From Dipteris shenzhenensis (lineage: Eukaryota): DNA of 64,000 nucleotides. The stretch is from NCBI GenBank assembly GCA_047967505.1, contig CM106538.1; one strand, 5' to 3'. The translations under genes were made by a program, and so were the position numbers. The notes under the pieces were generated by a model. That model was not told where the DNA came from, searched no databases, and was given only the letters and a program-made list of their open reading frames with translations. This document shows, in pieces, positions 24,701 through 36,824 of this stretch. The stretch's first letter is position 1. Each line of letters opens with the position of its first letter.

Positions 24701-27700
24701 CCAAGCTTGAATCCAGTCACTTGCCTTCAAATATAATAGTGGTGGATCAAGCTGACCTCCATGTGCGAGATGGTCGAGCGGAAGGTATCGAGCATGATCT
24801 TCATAAACATTTTTCCTCATATGTTTGGAGTAGCATGCAAGCGATTTCAGAGCCGGTCCCAAATAGGACAAGCATGGTACCCACTTGTAACAAGTCCTGC
24901 ACGCGTGCATGAATGTGTTAGTACAAGACATGCGTGCAAAAGAGAGTAAAAAAAGCATAATCCCTCATTGTACATGTAAAGACACAACCACGTACCTGCG
25001 CACTCTCCATATCCTGGGTAGTCATGCATGGTCCACATCAAGATACCCCTGACCAAAATATCATTGGTATGTCTAGGAGCTCTGGAAATATCAAAGACTT
25101 GCACTTCTCTCCATAATATCTATAACTCCTCTATCAAAGGTGCCATGTACACGTCCATGTTTTTTGCCTTGTACTTTCGTGGTACAAGTAGTGCAAGCAT
25201 GAGGTGTCCCTTTTTTATTGTTAGCCATGGTGGGATATTGTAATTCGCCACGACTATGGGCCATGTCGAGCGTAACCCGAAAGGATTCACGCCGTCCATG
25301 GCTAGCCCAAGATGTAAGTTGCATGGCTCCCTCGCAAAGTCCGACCACTGATTATCTATGTGCTTCCAAGCTGCACAATCTGCGGGAATCCTCAATGTGT
25401 GATCAATGGACCGATGAGATGCATGCCATGTCATCAACTCCGCTATGGATTTGCATCGGAACATGTGTTGCTCATGTGTTGTATTCTTGCAATGATGGGA
25501 AAGTGTCTCAAGACCTTTACCGGTATCCGCTCACCCTGCAAGTCATCTCTATATCATTGTTCCCCACACTTTGGACAACTAGCCAAATCTCCATGCTCAC
25601 GATGAAAGAGAATACAATCATTACAGCAAGCATGGATGGTATCATAATCCATACCCACCATTGTTAGCATCTTTTTCGCTTCATCTCTTGATGCGGGCAT
25701 GGTATTTGGTGTAGGCAACATCTTCTAGAGCAACCTATGACAAAGACACTACCCAAATTATGATTCTCAAAACAAACAATATCCAAATAATGAGTCAAAT
25801 TAATGCAAGAGCTAACCTCATTAAGGCCGAGACACTTGTATCCGACCACCCATATTGTACTTGTAGATTCAAGATTGAGAGACAAGCACGTAGTTTAGAC
25901 ATCCTAGCATCCTCGTACAATTGTGTTGATTGCAACTCTCGCATTTTGACCTCAGACTCTGACATCACATGTACATGGGATGTAGTGCCCCTAAACATGG
26001 AATCCATCATGTCGACCATACCCTCGTCGTCATCCGGGAGACTATAGTCTTGCTGAAAGTGAGAAGGTATATGTGTACCCTCGTCACCCTCCTCATCCTG
26101 TTTTAAGATTTCGTGTAAATATAAGATCTTCTATTTCCAGGTATACAATAAGATTGCGAACTTAAATAGCTTTGACTTACCGATGGTCCATCAACATGTG
26201 CAACACCAATGAGGGGTACTGGTTCCAGCTCCTCCCCATACATCCGCAAGTGGCGCATGATAATACGACGTTGATGTCGTACTTCTCGCTTGCAATGAGT
26301 GCAATGACAGTATAACCTCTCCGTATGCCACTTCGTGCTCCCGGGCATTGGCGCATCATCGGACGAGCTTCCACTCGTCCCTTCCATCTACACTTATAAA
26401 ATCACAACATAAGCATGAAGAAGAGATATTAACAGTTATAAAATAGCATGTTTGAGCTTCTTTTGATGCTACAACAAAAAAGTGACTGTAAGCATCGCTA
26501 TATAGCGACCTTTTTGCTTCCGTCACTATATAGCGACGTTTTTAATTAAAAACGTCACTATATAGCGATGGATTAGCGTCGCTATATAGCGACGCTGTGG
26601 GTTATCTCTAAGTAAGCATGCCAATATCTCCTCCCACCTATTTTCGATGACCTCCCACCTATTTCAAGCAACCTCCCACTCTATTTTCCACTCCTTACCC
26701 TTCTCCTACCTCTTGTACTCCCTCTCTATCCTTTTCCCTCTTTGGTTTCTTGAAAGGAAGTTCTTCAAGAGGTGAGTTTGTTTCAACAATGTAGGTTTTT
26801 TTTTGTTAGCTTTAGTTTTGTGAGTGTTTCTTCTTGTATTGCTAAACCTGTAAACTAGTTTTCATGCTTGTTTTGAAAGGATTGAAACAAAAAACAAGAT
26901 TTCAAGAAAGAAAGAAAACTCACCTCTTTTTTCTATATTTCTCTTCCTTCTCTTTCTCCTTGTCTCCTCAATCTCCTCCTTTCCTTGTCTCCTCAATCTC
27001 CTCCCTTCAAGAAGTTGCTTTTGTAATCTCCTCCTTCCACTAACATCTTATTTGAAAAAATGGGTTGTTTTCTCTCTTTTGTAGGGCCAGTCCACTACAC
27101 CGAACGAGACATACTATTTCAGGTAAGTGCTTCCTCTTTTTTCCATTTATTATTTTTGTTATTTGCATTGGCCTGCAGCTAGCGCCTTGAGCGCTAGCTG
27201 CAGTGATGGCCGTAGGAACCCTCTCTTCCCCTCAAACTCTTTCCTTCTTCCCCCTTCTCTTATTCTCTTTTTTCCTCCTTCTCTTTTTCCCTATCTTCTA
27301 CTGCCGGTATTTTTGGAACTCTATGCACCACCCTCTTTGGTCTCTATTCTTTAGCTTTCTCCTCCCTTTGTATCCCGAGTTCTCTATTGTCGATGGTACA
27401 ACAACTATTGAAATTGGTTTACCTTTGCAGAAGGGTATTCTAAAAGAACCTCTTTCTGATTTTTGTATTGTGTTCACATAAAAGGCGTGAGATTTAGTAC
27501 CTTGTAGAGCCGAGCCTGATGCATGTTCTTCGGGGTTCTCAGCATCACCACCAAGTCTTGGGTATCCATGACCCATAGAGGCTCCACCACATCCTGCAAA
27601 GGAGCCTCCTCTTCTAATACTTCTCCTTGACACTACAAGGCATAGGCCCTTTTCCGACAAAAATATCGACGATTTTTACATTAAAATTTTTTTTTAAACG

Positions 27701-27702
27701 GG

Positions 27703-28694
27703 TGCTATTAGCTAGAAAAGAAATCAGGACAAGAGGCTAGACACTAAGCATGGCGACGCTCAAGGGCCATAGAGCAAAGGAGAACATGAGGGCGAAACAT
27801 CATCATGGGAGGGGAAATGGGATTAGAAGGGGAGGGAATGAAGAGGGAGACTATGGCACAAGGGGAAAGGAAGAGGGGGGAGAGAAGCATGTACATGATG
27901 GGAGGAGGAATGTAAAGATGGAGACATCAAGGGAAGAGGGCCATGCTTTATTTGAAAGGAAGGGAAGGGGGAAATCAAAGTACTAGCTAGGTGGCTTTAC
28001 AAGAATGAGCATGTCTCATCAAGGAATAGCCCCCTCCTTTTATAGCCAAGAGAGGGGGTCTCTCCCAATAATTGCATCCTCCCACATGCATGGTGTGTGT
28101 GGAAAAGTCTCCCATGTGGGCTAGGCAGTTACGCACTCTCAATTGTGTGCGACAACCCTTTGCCTCATTTTTCCACATAAATCAAGCCCCATATCTCAAG
28201 TCTATGAAACTCCCTTGGTCTCTCCTTAATTTTATAATACGTTCAAACCTCTAGGAGGACAAGTGGAGGGTTGGCACAAGAAATCTTGCCACCTCATCCT
28301 ATTTTCCCCATTATTTAACTTGCAGTCTTGGACCTTCTATACCTCCCCCACATGGGCCTATCCTACATGAAGGGAATAATCCAATATGATATCCATCTCC
28401 ACCTATTTTATATTACTTCTCCCATGGACTTTGGGCCATATCTCACTAAATGCAGCCTAGGTGGAGGGGTGGCACATGGAGGAGCCATGCCACCTTACAT
28501 TTTATAATATTACTACCATGGATTATGTACATCACACCTTATGGGTCCTTTTACGTGGAAGGGTGGCACATGGTCATGCCTTGCCACCTCAACCTTGGGC
28601 CCTATGCACACCATATTTTATTATACTATTGCCACACATACAAGCACACACACATATTTATGCCTTTTTTCCTTAGGAAAATTTATCCATAACA
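27703..28694 (-). repeat. 3' LTR of the gypsy element (~990 bp)
   Basis: TG...CA ends, adjacent PPT, and first ~117 bp repeated at 36824-36940 and 39722-39840. Confidence 0.75.
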
Positions 28695-28704
28695 GTTCCC
28701 CCCC

Positions 28705-31700
28705 AGGCAGGGAATGCACAATATTTCCATGCCTGGGTCCATCACGCACAAAGAAGGACTTGAGGTAGTGCTTGTTGATCACCTTCTTGCCATATGGCTC
28801 ATGCAGCTCTTGAACTTGTATAGACCCATTGCTACGTTCCTTGATGACTTTGTATGGACCGGTCCACAGTGGCAGAAACTTCTTATCCATTTGGTGGTCC
28901 AATCTATTATCAAAGCATATCACGAAATCCCCCTCAGCAAACTATCTTTCCCATCCCTTGTGAATTTTAGCATCCAAGCAAGCCTTTTGTCGATTCTTTT
29001 AGATCTCTGTTTAGTGTAGTGCAAGGCATCAAGTTTCACCTAACTTCTCAAGTTGTACCAATCTGGCCTCTACATGTTCATCTTCTATCATCGTCTGTTC
29101 TTGTGCCAATCTCAAGGCGGAATCTCTAACTCTAGTGGTAAAATTGCCTTAGTACCATACACCAACTCAAAAGGAGTGTCACTTGAAGACATTTTATGAG
29201 TGATGTTGTAAGCCCACACGGCTTTAGTGACCTTCTGATCCCACTGGCTCCTATTCCCTGTGGCCATTTTTCCCATGGTTTTACAAAGGAGGCCACTGGT
29301 CCACTCTGTTTGACCCATGGATGCTGGATAATAGATGCTAGAAGTGCGATGATCAATACCCATGCGATTCATGAGTAACTCCACTACTTCATTCAAGAAT
29401 GGACTCCCATGGTCAGAGACTATTTCCATGGGTGTCCCAAACCTTGTGCAGATACGTTCAAATATGAAATTTGAAACTGCCTTACCATTTGCAGCAGGGA
29501 GGGCGATAGCTTCGACCCACTTAGTGACATACTAAGTGGCCACCAAAAGATACTTCTTTTTGCCGGCAGTCATGGGCAAGGGCCCGACACTATTTCCATG
29601 GGTGTCCCAAACCTTGTGCAGATACGTTCAAATATGAAATTTGAAACTGCCTTACCATTTGCAGCAGGGAGGGCGATAGCTTCAGCCCACTTAGTGACAT
29701 ACTGAGTGGCTACCAAAAGATACTTCTTTTTGCGGGCAGTCATGGGCAAGGGCCCTGGGCAAGGGCCCGACAAAATCTATTCCCCACTTCTGAAACGGAT
29801 GGATGGACATCACTAAGTGATGTTGCCCAGGATGCAAATCCTTCCTAACAAAGAATTGGCATGGTTTACAGGTTTTGCAATACAAAGTGACATTCTTGAA
29901 CAGCGTCGGCCAATAGTATCCAGCATGTAAAATCTTCTTAGCTGTATAGTCACTGGCATAGTGGCCTCCACAAAATCCATCATGATAATGCTTCAATACC
30001 TTAGGCACTTCATCTGCATCAATGGCCCATTTTAGTACCCCATCCATGCCTTGACGGTATAACACCCCATCAAAGAGGGTGTAGTGCCTACTATCTCTGC
30101 AGATCTTCTTTCTCTCATAGCTAGTACTTTCTGGAGGAAAGGAGAAAGCAGTCAGAAACCTGTAGATACCACCATACCATGGATCCCCAACTTCTATGGC
30201 CGCTACAGGGTTACATCAAGGCACTCCTCTAAATCAATCAAAGCATTCTTCAAGTTGGAACAACCCCCTTTTACAATTTTGAAAGAAAAATCATATTCTT
30301 GTAAAACTGCCAACCATTTGGCCAACCGGCCCATGGGGTTTGATGATTGAAGAACCTGCTTTGCAAGACCAGTGCTAGTGAGTATAATGAAGGACTTTAC
30401 AGCCACATAATGCTTAAATTTCTCAATGCAGAATGCCAAAGACAAGGCATGCTTGTCAACCTCTGAATAGCATCGCCCAGTGTCGAGTAATTGTGGAGAA
30501 GCAAATCGAACGGGATACATGAACTGATCCTCCCCTTGCTGAAGAAGAATGCCTGCCAGATTGTGCTCAACAAACCCAGGATTGATATAGAAAGTCTTTG
30601 ACCAATCTGGATTGCGTAGAATGGGTTCTGAAGCCAGAGCATTCTTGATTTGTTCAAACCCATGATCACAATCCTCATCCCAAGAGAAATCAGCCCCATC
30701 TTTTAATAGCATCATCATGGGTCGTGTCAAAGTAGCATATTGATCAATGAAGCGACGATAGTATCCTACTCGATTGTCAAATGAGCGTATCTGACGTTTG
30801 GTTGTTGGTGGGGAGAGCTTAAGGATGGCTTCTACCTTCTCGGGGTGGCTTGATGCACTTAGATGAGACAATATGTCCTAGTAACCTCCCTTGATCAGTG
30901 GCTCCAATGGTGCATATCTCAGGGTTGAGACTGCCATTCAGATCATTGACCCTTTGGAAGGCCTACCTTCCTAATGTGCCCCTTACGTGACGAGAATATA
31001 CAAAAATCATCTAAAAACACCTCCAAGAAATCCCCCAAATAAGGAGCAAACAGCATCTGCATAAATCTTTGAAAGGTAGTAGGAGCATTGGTGAGGCCAA
31101 ATGGCATTACTTTGAATGCAAATGTCCCCCAAGGTGTGGCAAATGTGGTTTTAAGCACATCTTCTTCGGCAATTCTGATTTGATAAAACCCGAAGTAACC
31201 ATCATAGAAACCATACATCTCATGACCACTTACCTTCTCAAGAATGAGGTCTTGAAAGGGCAGAGGATGGTGATCCCTCTTGGTGGCCGCATTGATTTTC
31301 TTATAGTCGATGCAAACCTGCCACTTGTTGTTTTTCTTTAGGGTGACTACCACTGGTGAAACCCATTCAATATTGTGAACCGAAACAATAAACCCTGCTT
31401 CTATAACTCTGAGCACAAAGCATCAGTCTGTAGGGGCCCTAAGCTCCGATACTTCTGAGCCACAAGCTTTGCATCAGGCTTCAGCTCTATCTTGTGTTCT
31501 ATGGCAGTCACATGGCGAAGGTGGTGGTAGCTATTTGCGAAAAGGTCAGGGAAATCTTTGAACATTTCTAGGAACTCATCTTTCTCACTTGGAGTGAGGT
31601 CTAGGGAAAGCATAGATTCAAGTTGTTGAGGACTAGCTGCTACCTTTTCTATAGGTGGTGGGGTTGGAGACACCCCCATCATGTAAACTTCCTCATCTGA

Positions 31701-33453
31701 GAACTCCTCCCCCCCGTCTGATCCTTCCATTGATTTAGACACCAAGGATGAGAGAGTATCACTGTCTTGCTCCTCTTCTTCTTCTGGTTCCGTGGCACCT
31801 ATTTGCACCGAGATCTTCTCCTTAGAAGCACCACAAGACATGTGTCCTATCTTCCAATAGCTAACTGCATCACTCTTTCTCAACCATGGTCTCCCGAATA
31901 TGGCTAGGTAACTCCACTACATAGAAATTGACGGTGGTGATCAACCCATTGACAGTGATGGGCAAATCCTCAATGACTCCCAGGGTGGCGAGTCATCGAC
32001 CATCTGCTACCTTAATTCGAGTGGAGGAATGCCTTGTGCATTTCAAATTCAATTTCTTCATGATTCGGGGCACCATGATATTACATGCAGCTCCCCTATC
32101 AACACACACACTTTTGACACGGCAATTATATATGATGACATCTACTGTATGTGGGTGCCGATCAATTTCTTTAGAGATAGAAGATACCTCTCGTACCTTT
32201 CCCTTTTTCTTGCTCTTCCTTGTTCAGAGCCCTTGCTGCAACTCACATCTCACCTGAGCAAGGTCCTAAATGACCGAATAGTCCTCTTGCCCTGAGCCGA
32301 TGGGAAATTTCAAGGGTGACCACTTACTCCTGTGGGATCTTTTAGTCTTCACTGTTGGTGGGTCTACCATCTCAGCATCTGAGGGCTATGAGGAGGACAC
32401 TTCTTCTTGGGGCAGCCTGGTCCATGGTTTGGAGAGGGGTCCGAGGTGGTACGACTTCTTTTCCCGAGGTCAAGGATCTCTACGTCAGAATCCTCAGTGC
32501 TTGATTTACTCAAAAGATTCACCCTTGGAATATTGGGACATTCCGTGCGATAATGACCCTTCTGGTGGCACTCGTAGCATACAACATTAGCATGGTCTCT
32601 TGGAGGGCGGTTGGCTTGATTTCTGATGCCCACCATCTCAAGCCGAAGATCATTCAGGGCCTAACTCCGGGTTCTTTTGCAGGGGGGGCCTCTTTAGCTG
32701 GAGGGGTCGAGGGAGTAGAAAGGAGGGGGGCTGGTGGCGAGGTTGGGGAAATCTTTGAGGCAAAGGGTGAGAATATACACCTTGTTGAGGGTAAGCATCT
32801 AAGGAAGGACCATACATTTGAGGTGGAGGCGGTGGATACATCCTTGATGGGGGGTGGGAGTATGCCTCTGAGTTAGACCCCCCAGGTTGTTGTTGCAAGA
32901 ATTGAGGGGGTTGCAGATGGACAATCATCTTCTTTGAAGTGGGGTCAGACTGAACTTTATCAAACTTTTGAGCAATCTCATGTGCTAGCACCATAGTTTC
33001 TGGATTCTCCCATTTAAGCTTGAGGCGGAATTCATCACTTACTCCTACTACAAGGTAGCCCAACACATGCTGAGTCATTCTAGCTCGAAATCCGGAAGTG
33101 TCCTCCTGCATGACAATTAAATGGTCTAGGAGCACAGCCACTCGATCCACATATCGACGCGCCATCTCACCTTCTAATTGCTTCAAGTTTGTCACCTGCA
33201 GGTACACATTCTCCGGCTCTTCTCTGCTGAAATACTCAATCATCACTGCTGTCAACCTTGGCCAGCTTTGGCAAACATCGTTGGCCTACTTCTCATACCA
33301 CACTTGAGCCAAACCCTCTAGAAATCTGGGAAGAATCAACAGCCATCTATCTTCAGTAAGAAAGTTGAGAGAAACACAACGGCGCTTGAAGGCGACAAGA
33401 TACTAATTTGGATTTTCTTCAACCCATCCACAAAACACAGGAATGTCAGCCAT
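28705..33453 (-). pseudogene. gag-pol (gag, CCHC knuckle, aspartic protease, RT, RNase H, integrase), many stops and frameshifts
   Basis: CYECHQKGHYRTEC; VDRGAACNI; WQVCIDYKKIN...MPFGLTNAP...FLDD; YYRRFI...RLAKW; GHY...GYYWP...CKPCQ; WGIDFVGP; IVSDHG; WTGPYKV. Confidence 0.92.
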
Positions 33454-34036
33454 GCTTGGAAAATGGAAAAGAGAGACGAAATGAGGCTTATCTATGGGCA
33501 AACAATGGAAAGAGGTAGCTTGAAATGAAAATCAGGTGAAGATACATCCACAAAGCACACATACGCAGGGTAGGGTGTCACTGGTGTATTGTGAAATACT
33601 ACTCGGGAAGAATTTTCAGCATAGAATAGCTCATAGACAATCTTAAAGGACCAACCCTCATGATATCATAGGCATCTTTACAAGTGAGGAATTGAGACGT
33701 GGCGCTGCATGAGGTTGTTCATCAAGGCAAACAAGAATGCCATGACAAATGTCAATAGTTGGAGAGCTTGCACATCACCTTCAGCTTCTTCCAGTTCTTG
33801 TAGTCACCATGCTATTTCTTCAAGGGGTGTGCGATGTGGCATCCTTCTTTTGAGCAATGTCCTTGAGGACCTTTCTGATGATCTTCCAAAGTCAGTAAAC
33901 TCGCATCAAATATGCCCAATACTTAGTTTCATGATGACCACAACCTTAGCATTCCTTACAAATGATCACCCTCCTTCGTGGCTTGCAGCTTTGTTGGGGT
34001 GGTGCTTCCACTCGCGTCATGTGTGATTGAAGTACA

Positions 34037-34420
34037 AGCTTCACGTGCCAAGAAATCAGCAACTGTATTTTGAGGTCAAGGGATATGCTAAATTTTTACC
34101 TCTTCAAATTGTTGGCACAGTTCCAATGCTTATTGATGTCGTGGAACCAAGCCTTTGCTCCGCACCTTCCACCTTCCACTAACTTGTTCACACACTAGTT
34201 GAGAATCTCCTTGCACCTCAAGTTGCTTGACGTGATGTTCTTGTGCCTTTTGTAGCCCAAAAATGAGTGCCGAGTACTCAGCTTGGTTGCAAGTACTTGC
34301 AGGTGCAGACTGGCTATAACAATACTCCTCACCACCCGGTGAAGTGAGCTTCACACCCATGCCAGCAGCCTTGGTCGAAGGTTTGTAAGCTCCATAAAAT
34401 TGAAGGATCCAAGATGCCAT
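34037..34420 (-). pseudogene. Extra archaeal-type/cellular-like RNase H (aRH) ORF upstream of gag
   Basis: WILQFYGA...GMGV...TCNQAEYSALIFGL...LEVQGDSQLVCEQVSG.W, continuing through stops to HIP*PQNTVADFLA. Confidence 0.85.
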
Positions 34421-34778
34421 CACACCAAGACTAAAATTCGGACATCCAAAGTTACTCGATAGTCCAAGATAGGTAGAAGGAGAGGGTGGGGAGAATTTAA
34501 TACTTGAGCCAAACGTTTAGCACCAAATAAACTTGCAATCCTTTGTTGATAGTTTATCTTTAGACCAAAAATAATTACAACTTGAAGCCTGAAATGAGGC
34601 ACAAAAGGTTGATTAGGTACAAATGGATTCCTTGGTTGAAACATTACCAACCATAGCCGAGGCCTAGAAACCTTTGTAGTGAGATTGAGAATAAACCATT
34701 CAAGACGAGCTTATCCACAGGAATTAATAGGCAGATGTGCCAAATCTCCCCCCAAGCTTAGGGAGCATCCCACCCTTC

Positions 34779-36824
34779 AAAGAAGGACACCCTTTTAATT
34801 ACCTCCAAAGCAGCAAGTAGCTCGATCACCGCACAATGAGTAGAATTAAAATCAAAGTCCTCCCAGTGTATCACTAGTTCTTCACCTTGAATCATCCATG
34901 GTGTATCATCCCACCCGTCGTCTCCTTAAACAATGCACTGGACAATCAGCCTTTGAAGGTCGACATGATGATCAAGCAAGAGATCTCGCCAATTGGTAGC
35001 CGTAATGAGCAGAGGACCAGGCACCAAATCCTTAAACTCGTCGAGAAGTGACATACATATCCACCCTCCTCGCGTGGCATGCATCCGTGAAGTGAAGTTG
35101 AAAAAGTTTTGAATCGGCGATCTAGTAGGAGATGTGAATAGAGCACATGAAATGAAATACTTTTGCTTTTTACAGCAAGAGTAAACTCCCCACGGTTAGA
35201 GAGTTATAGTTCCTGAGATTTCAATATATAAGCAAAAATCATTACATTTTCATCACTTCCTACTTGTTGGCCCAATGATAAGTCTCCCTTTTGTGAAGGG
35301 GGAGGTCTTGGGTTTAAATCCCACTTTTTAATAAAAAGAGAGGAGAGGAGAGGAGAAGGAGAAGAGAAAGAGAAGAGAAGAGAGAGGGGAGGCACGGGAT
35401 CCGTTACAGTTTTGCAAAAACCCAGAAAAACTGTCCGCGACCAGAAGACACAGGAGCCCAGAAACCGTCGTGGTCTATCCGTGATGCGCGCGGGTGTACA
35501 CAGTGGACACGTGCAAGAGCTCAGAGGGAGCACATATGTTGTAGTTCTACAGATGCAACCGGTACGAGCAGAAGATTTGCCAACCAAAATACACGTAGGA
35601 ACTGCAAGCAGAAAGCAGGGAGACTAAAAGTTCAGAAGTAAGGAGGTTTTGCAGCTGTAGAGACAAGGAAGGCACACAGTTTCGAGGTGCAAAAGTAGAG
35701 AACTATGCATGGAAGAGGCCACAGAGCTGCACCCACCTAGGAGTAATAGATTTTACACCACTAGCCGTGGAGATTTCGATCCCAGTAGCCATACCATTTA
35801 AAAAAAAGAAGGACACCCTTTTAATTACCTCCGAAGCAGCAAGTAGCTCGATCACCGCACAATGAGTAGAATTAAAATCAAAGTCCTCCCAGTGTATCAC
35901 TAGCTCTTCACCTTGAATCATCCATGGTGTATCATCCCACCCATCGTCTCCTTAAACAATGCACTAGACAATCAGCCTTTGAAGGTCGACATGATGATCA
36001 AGCAAGAGATCTCGCCAATTGGCATCCATAATGAGCAGAGGACCAGGTACCAAATCCTTAAACTCGTCGAGAAGTGACATAAATATCCACCCTCCTCGCG
36101 TGGCGTGCATCCGTGAAGTGAAGTTGAAAAAGTTTTGAATCGGCGATCTAGTAGGAGATGTGAATAGAGCACATGAAATGAAATACTTTTGCTTTTTACA
36201 ACAAGAGTAAACTCCCCACGGTTAGAGAGTTACAGTTCCCAAGATTTCAATATATAAGCAAAAATCATTACATTTTCAACACTTCCTACTTGTTGGCCCA
36301 ATGATAAGTTTCCCTTTTGTGAAGGGGGAGGTCTTGGGTTTAAATCCCACTCTTTAATAAAAAGAGAGGAGAGGAGAGGAGAAGGAGAAGAGAAAGAGAA
36401 GAGAAGAGAGAGGGGAGGCGCGGGATGTGTTACAGTTTTGCAAAAACCCAGAAAAACTATCCGCGACCAGAAGACACAGGAGCCCAGAAACCGTTGCGGT
36501 CTGTCCGTGATGCGCGCGGGTGTACACAGTGGACACGCGCAGGAGCTCAAAGGGAGCACATATGTTGTAGTTCTACAGATGCGACCGGTACGAGCAGAAG
36601 ATTCACCAACCAAAATACACGTAGGAACTGCAAGCAGAAAGCAGGCAGACTAAAAGTGCAGAAGTAAGGAGGTTTTGCAACCGTAGAGACAAGGAAGGCA
36701 CATAGTTTGGAGGTGCAAAAGTAGAGAATTGTACACGGAAGAGGCCACAGAGCTGCACCCACCTAGGAGTAACAGATTTTACACCACTAGCCGTGGAGAT
36801 TTCGATCCCAGAAGCCATACCATT
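34779..36824. repeat. Tandem duplication of a 1026-bp unit in the gypsy 5' leader, each unit ending in the PBS-like site
   Basis: Paired ORFs at 34946/35972 and 35204/36230 are offset by 1026. Both units end in TTCGATCCCAG(T/A)AGCCATACCA. Confidence 0.95.

Larger units (their letters stand above)
3189..26387 (-). pseudogene. CACTA TnpD-type transposase, multi-exon, disrupted (exons at ~3189-3403 and 22506-26387)
   Basis: Motifs CHCTHC (N-terminal), LGLAMDGVNPFG, NYNIPPW, LMWTMHDYPGYG, LDPMHIFKNV, GLKSHDWH, VHLLVH, WMFFLERFM, YYGTIRDIYEIDF. Contains frameshifts and stops; last exon split by the insertion at 3403/22506. Confidence 0.9.
1..27292. repeat. Segmental duplication copy A (1-3403 plus 22510-~27292; interrupted by the 19-kb insertion)
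   Basis: Position 1 aligns to 47027, 494 to 50924, the CACTA start 2857 to 53288, and 22510-27292 to ~53835-59104. Near-identical with scattered substitutions; paired ORFs in the ORF track (1180/51610, 2101/52531, 25664/57446). Confidence 0.95.
2857..27292 (-). mobile_element. CACTA (En/Spm) element copy A, truncated at far end, interrupted by 19-kb insertion
   Basis: Terminus CACTACTACAC at 2857, subterminal TCGCTATATAGCGA palindromic repeats (2950-3045), minus-strand TnpD exons, and a second repeat cluster at 26494-26594. Homology to copy B stops at ~27292. Confidence 0.9.

Noticed and set aside
29415-29770. Two integrase genes in the gypsy element
   Set aside because: A local ~170-180 bp tandem duplication within one decayed integrase.
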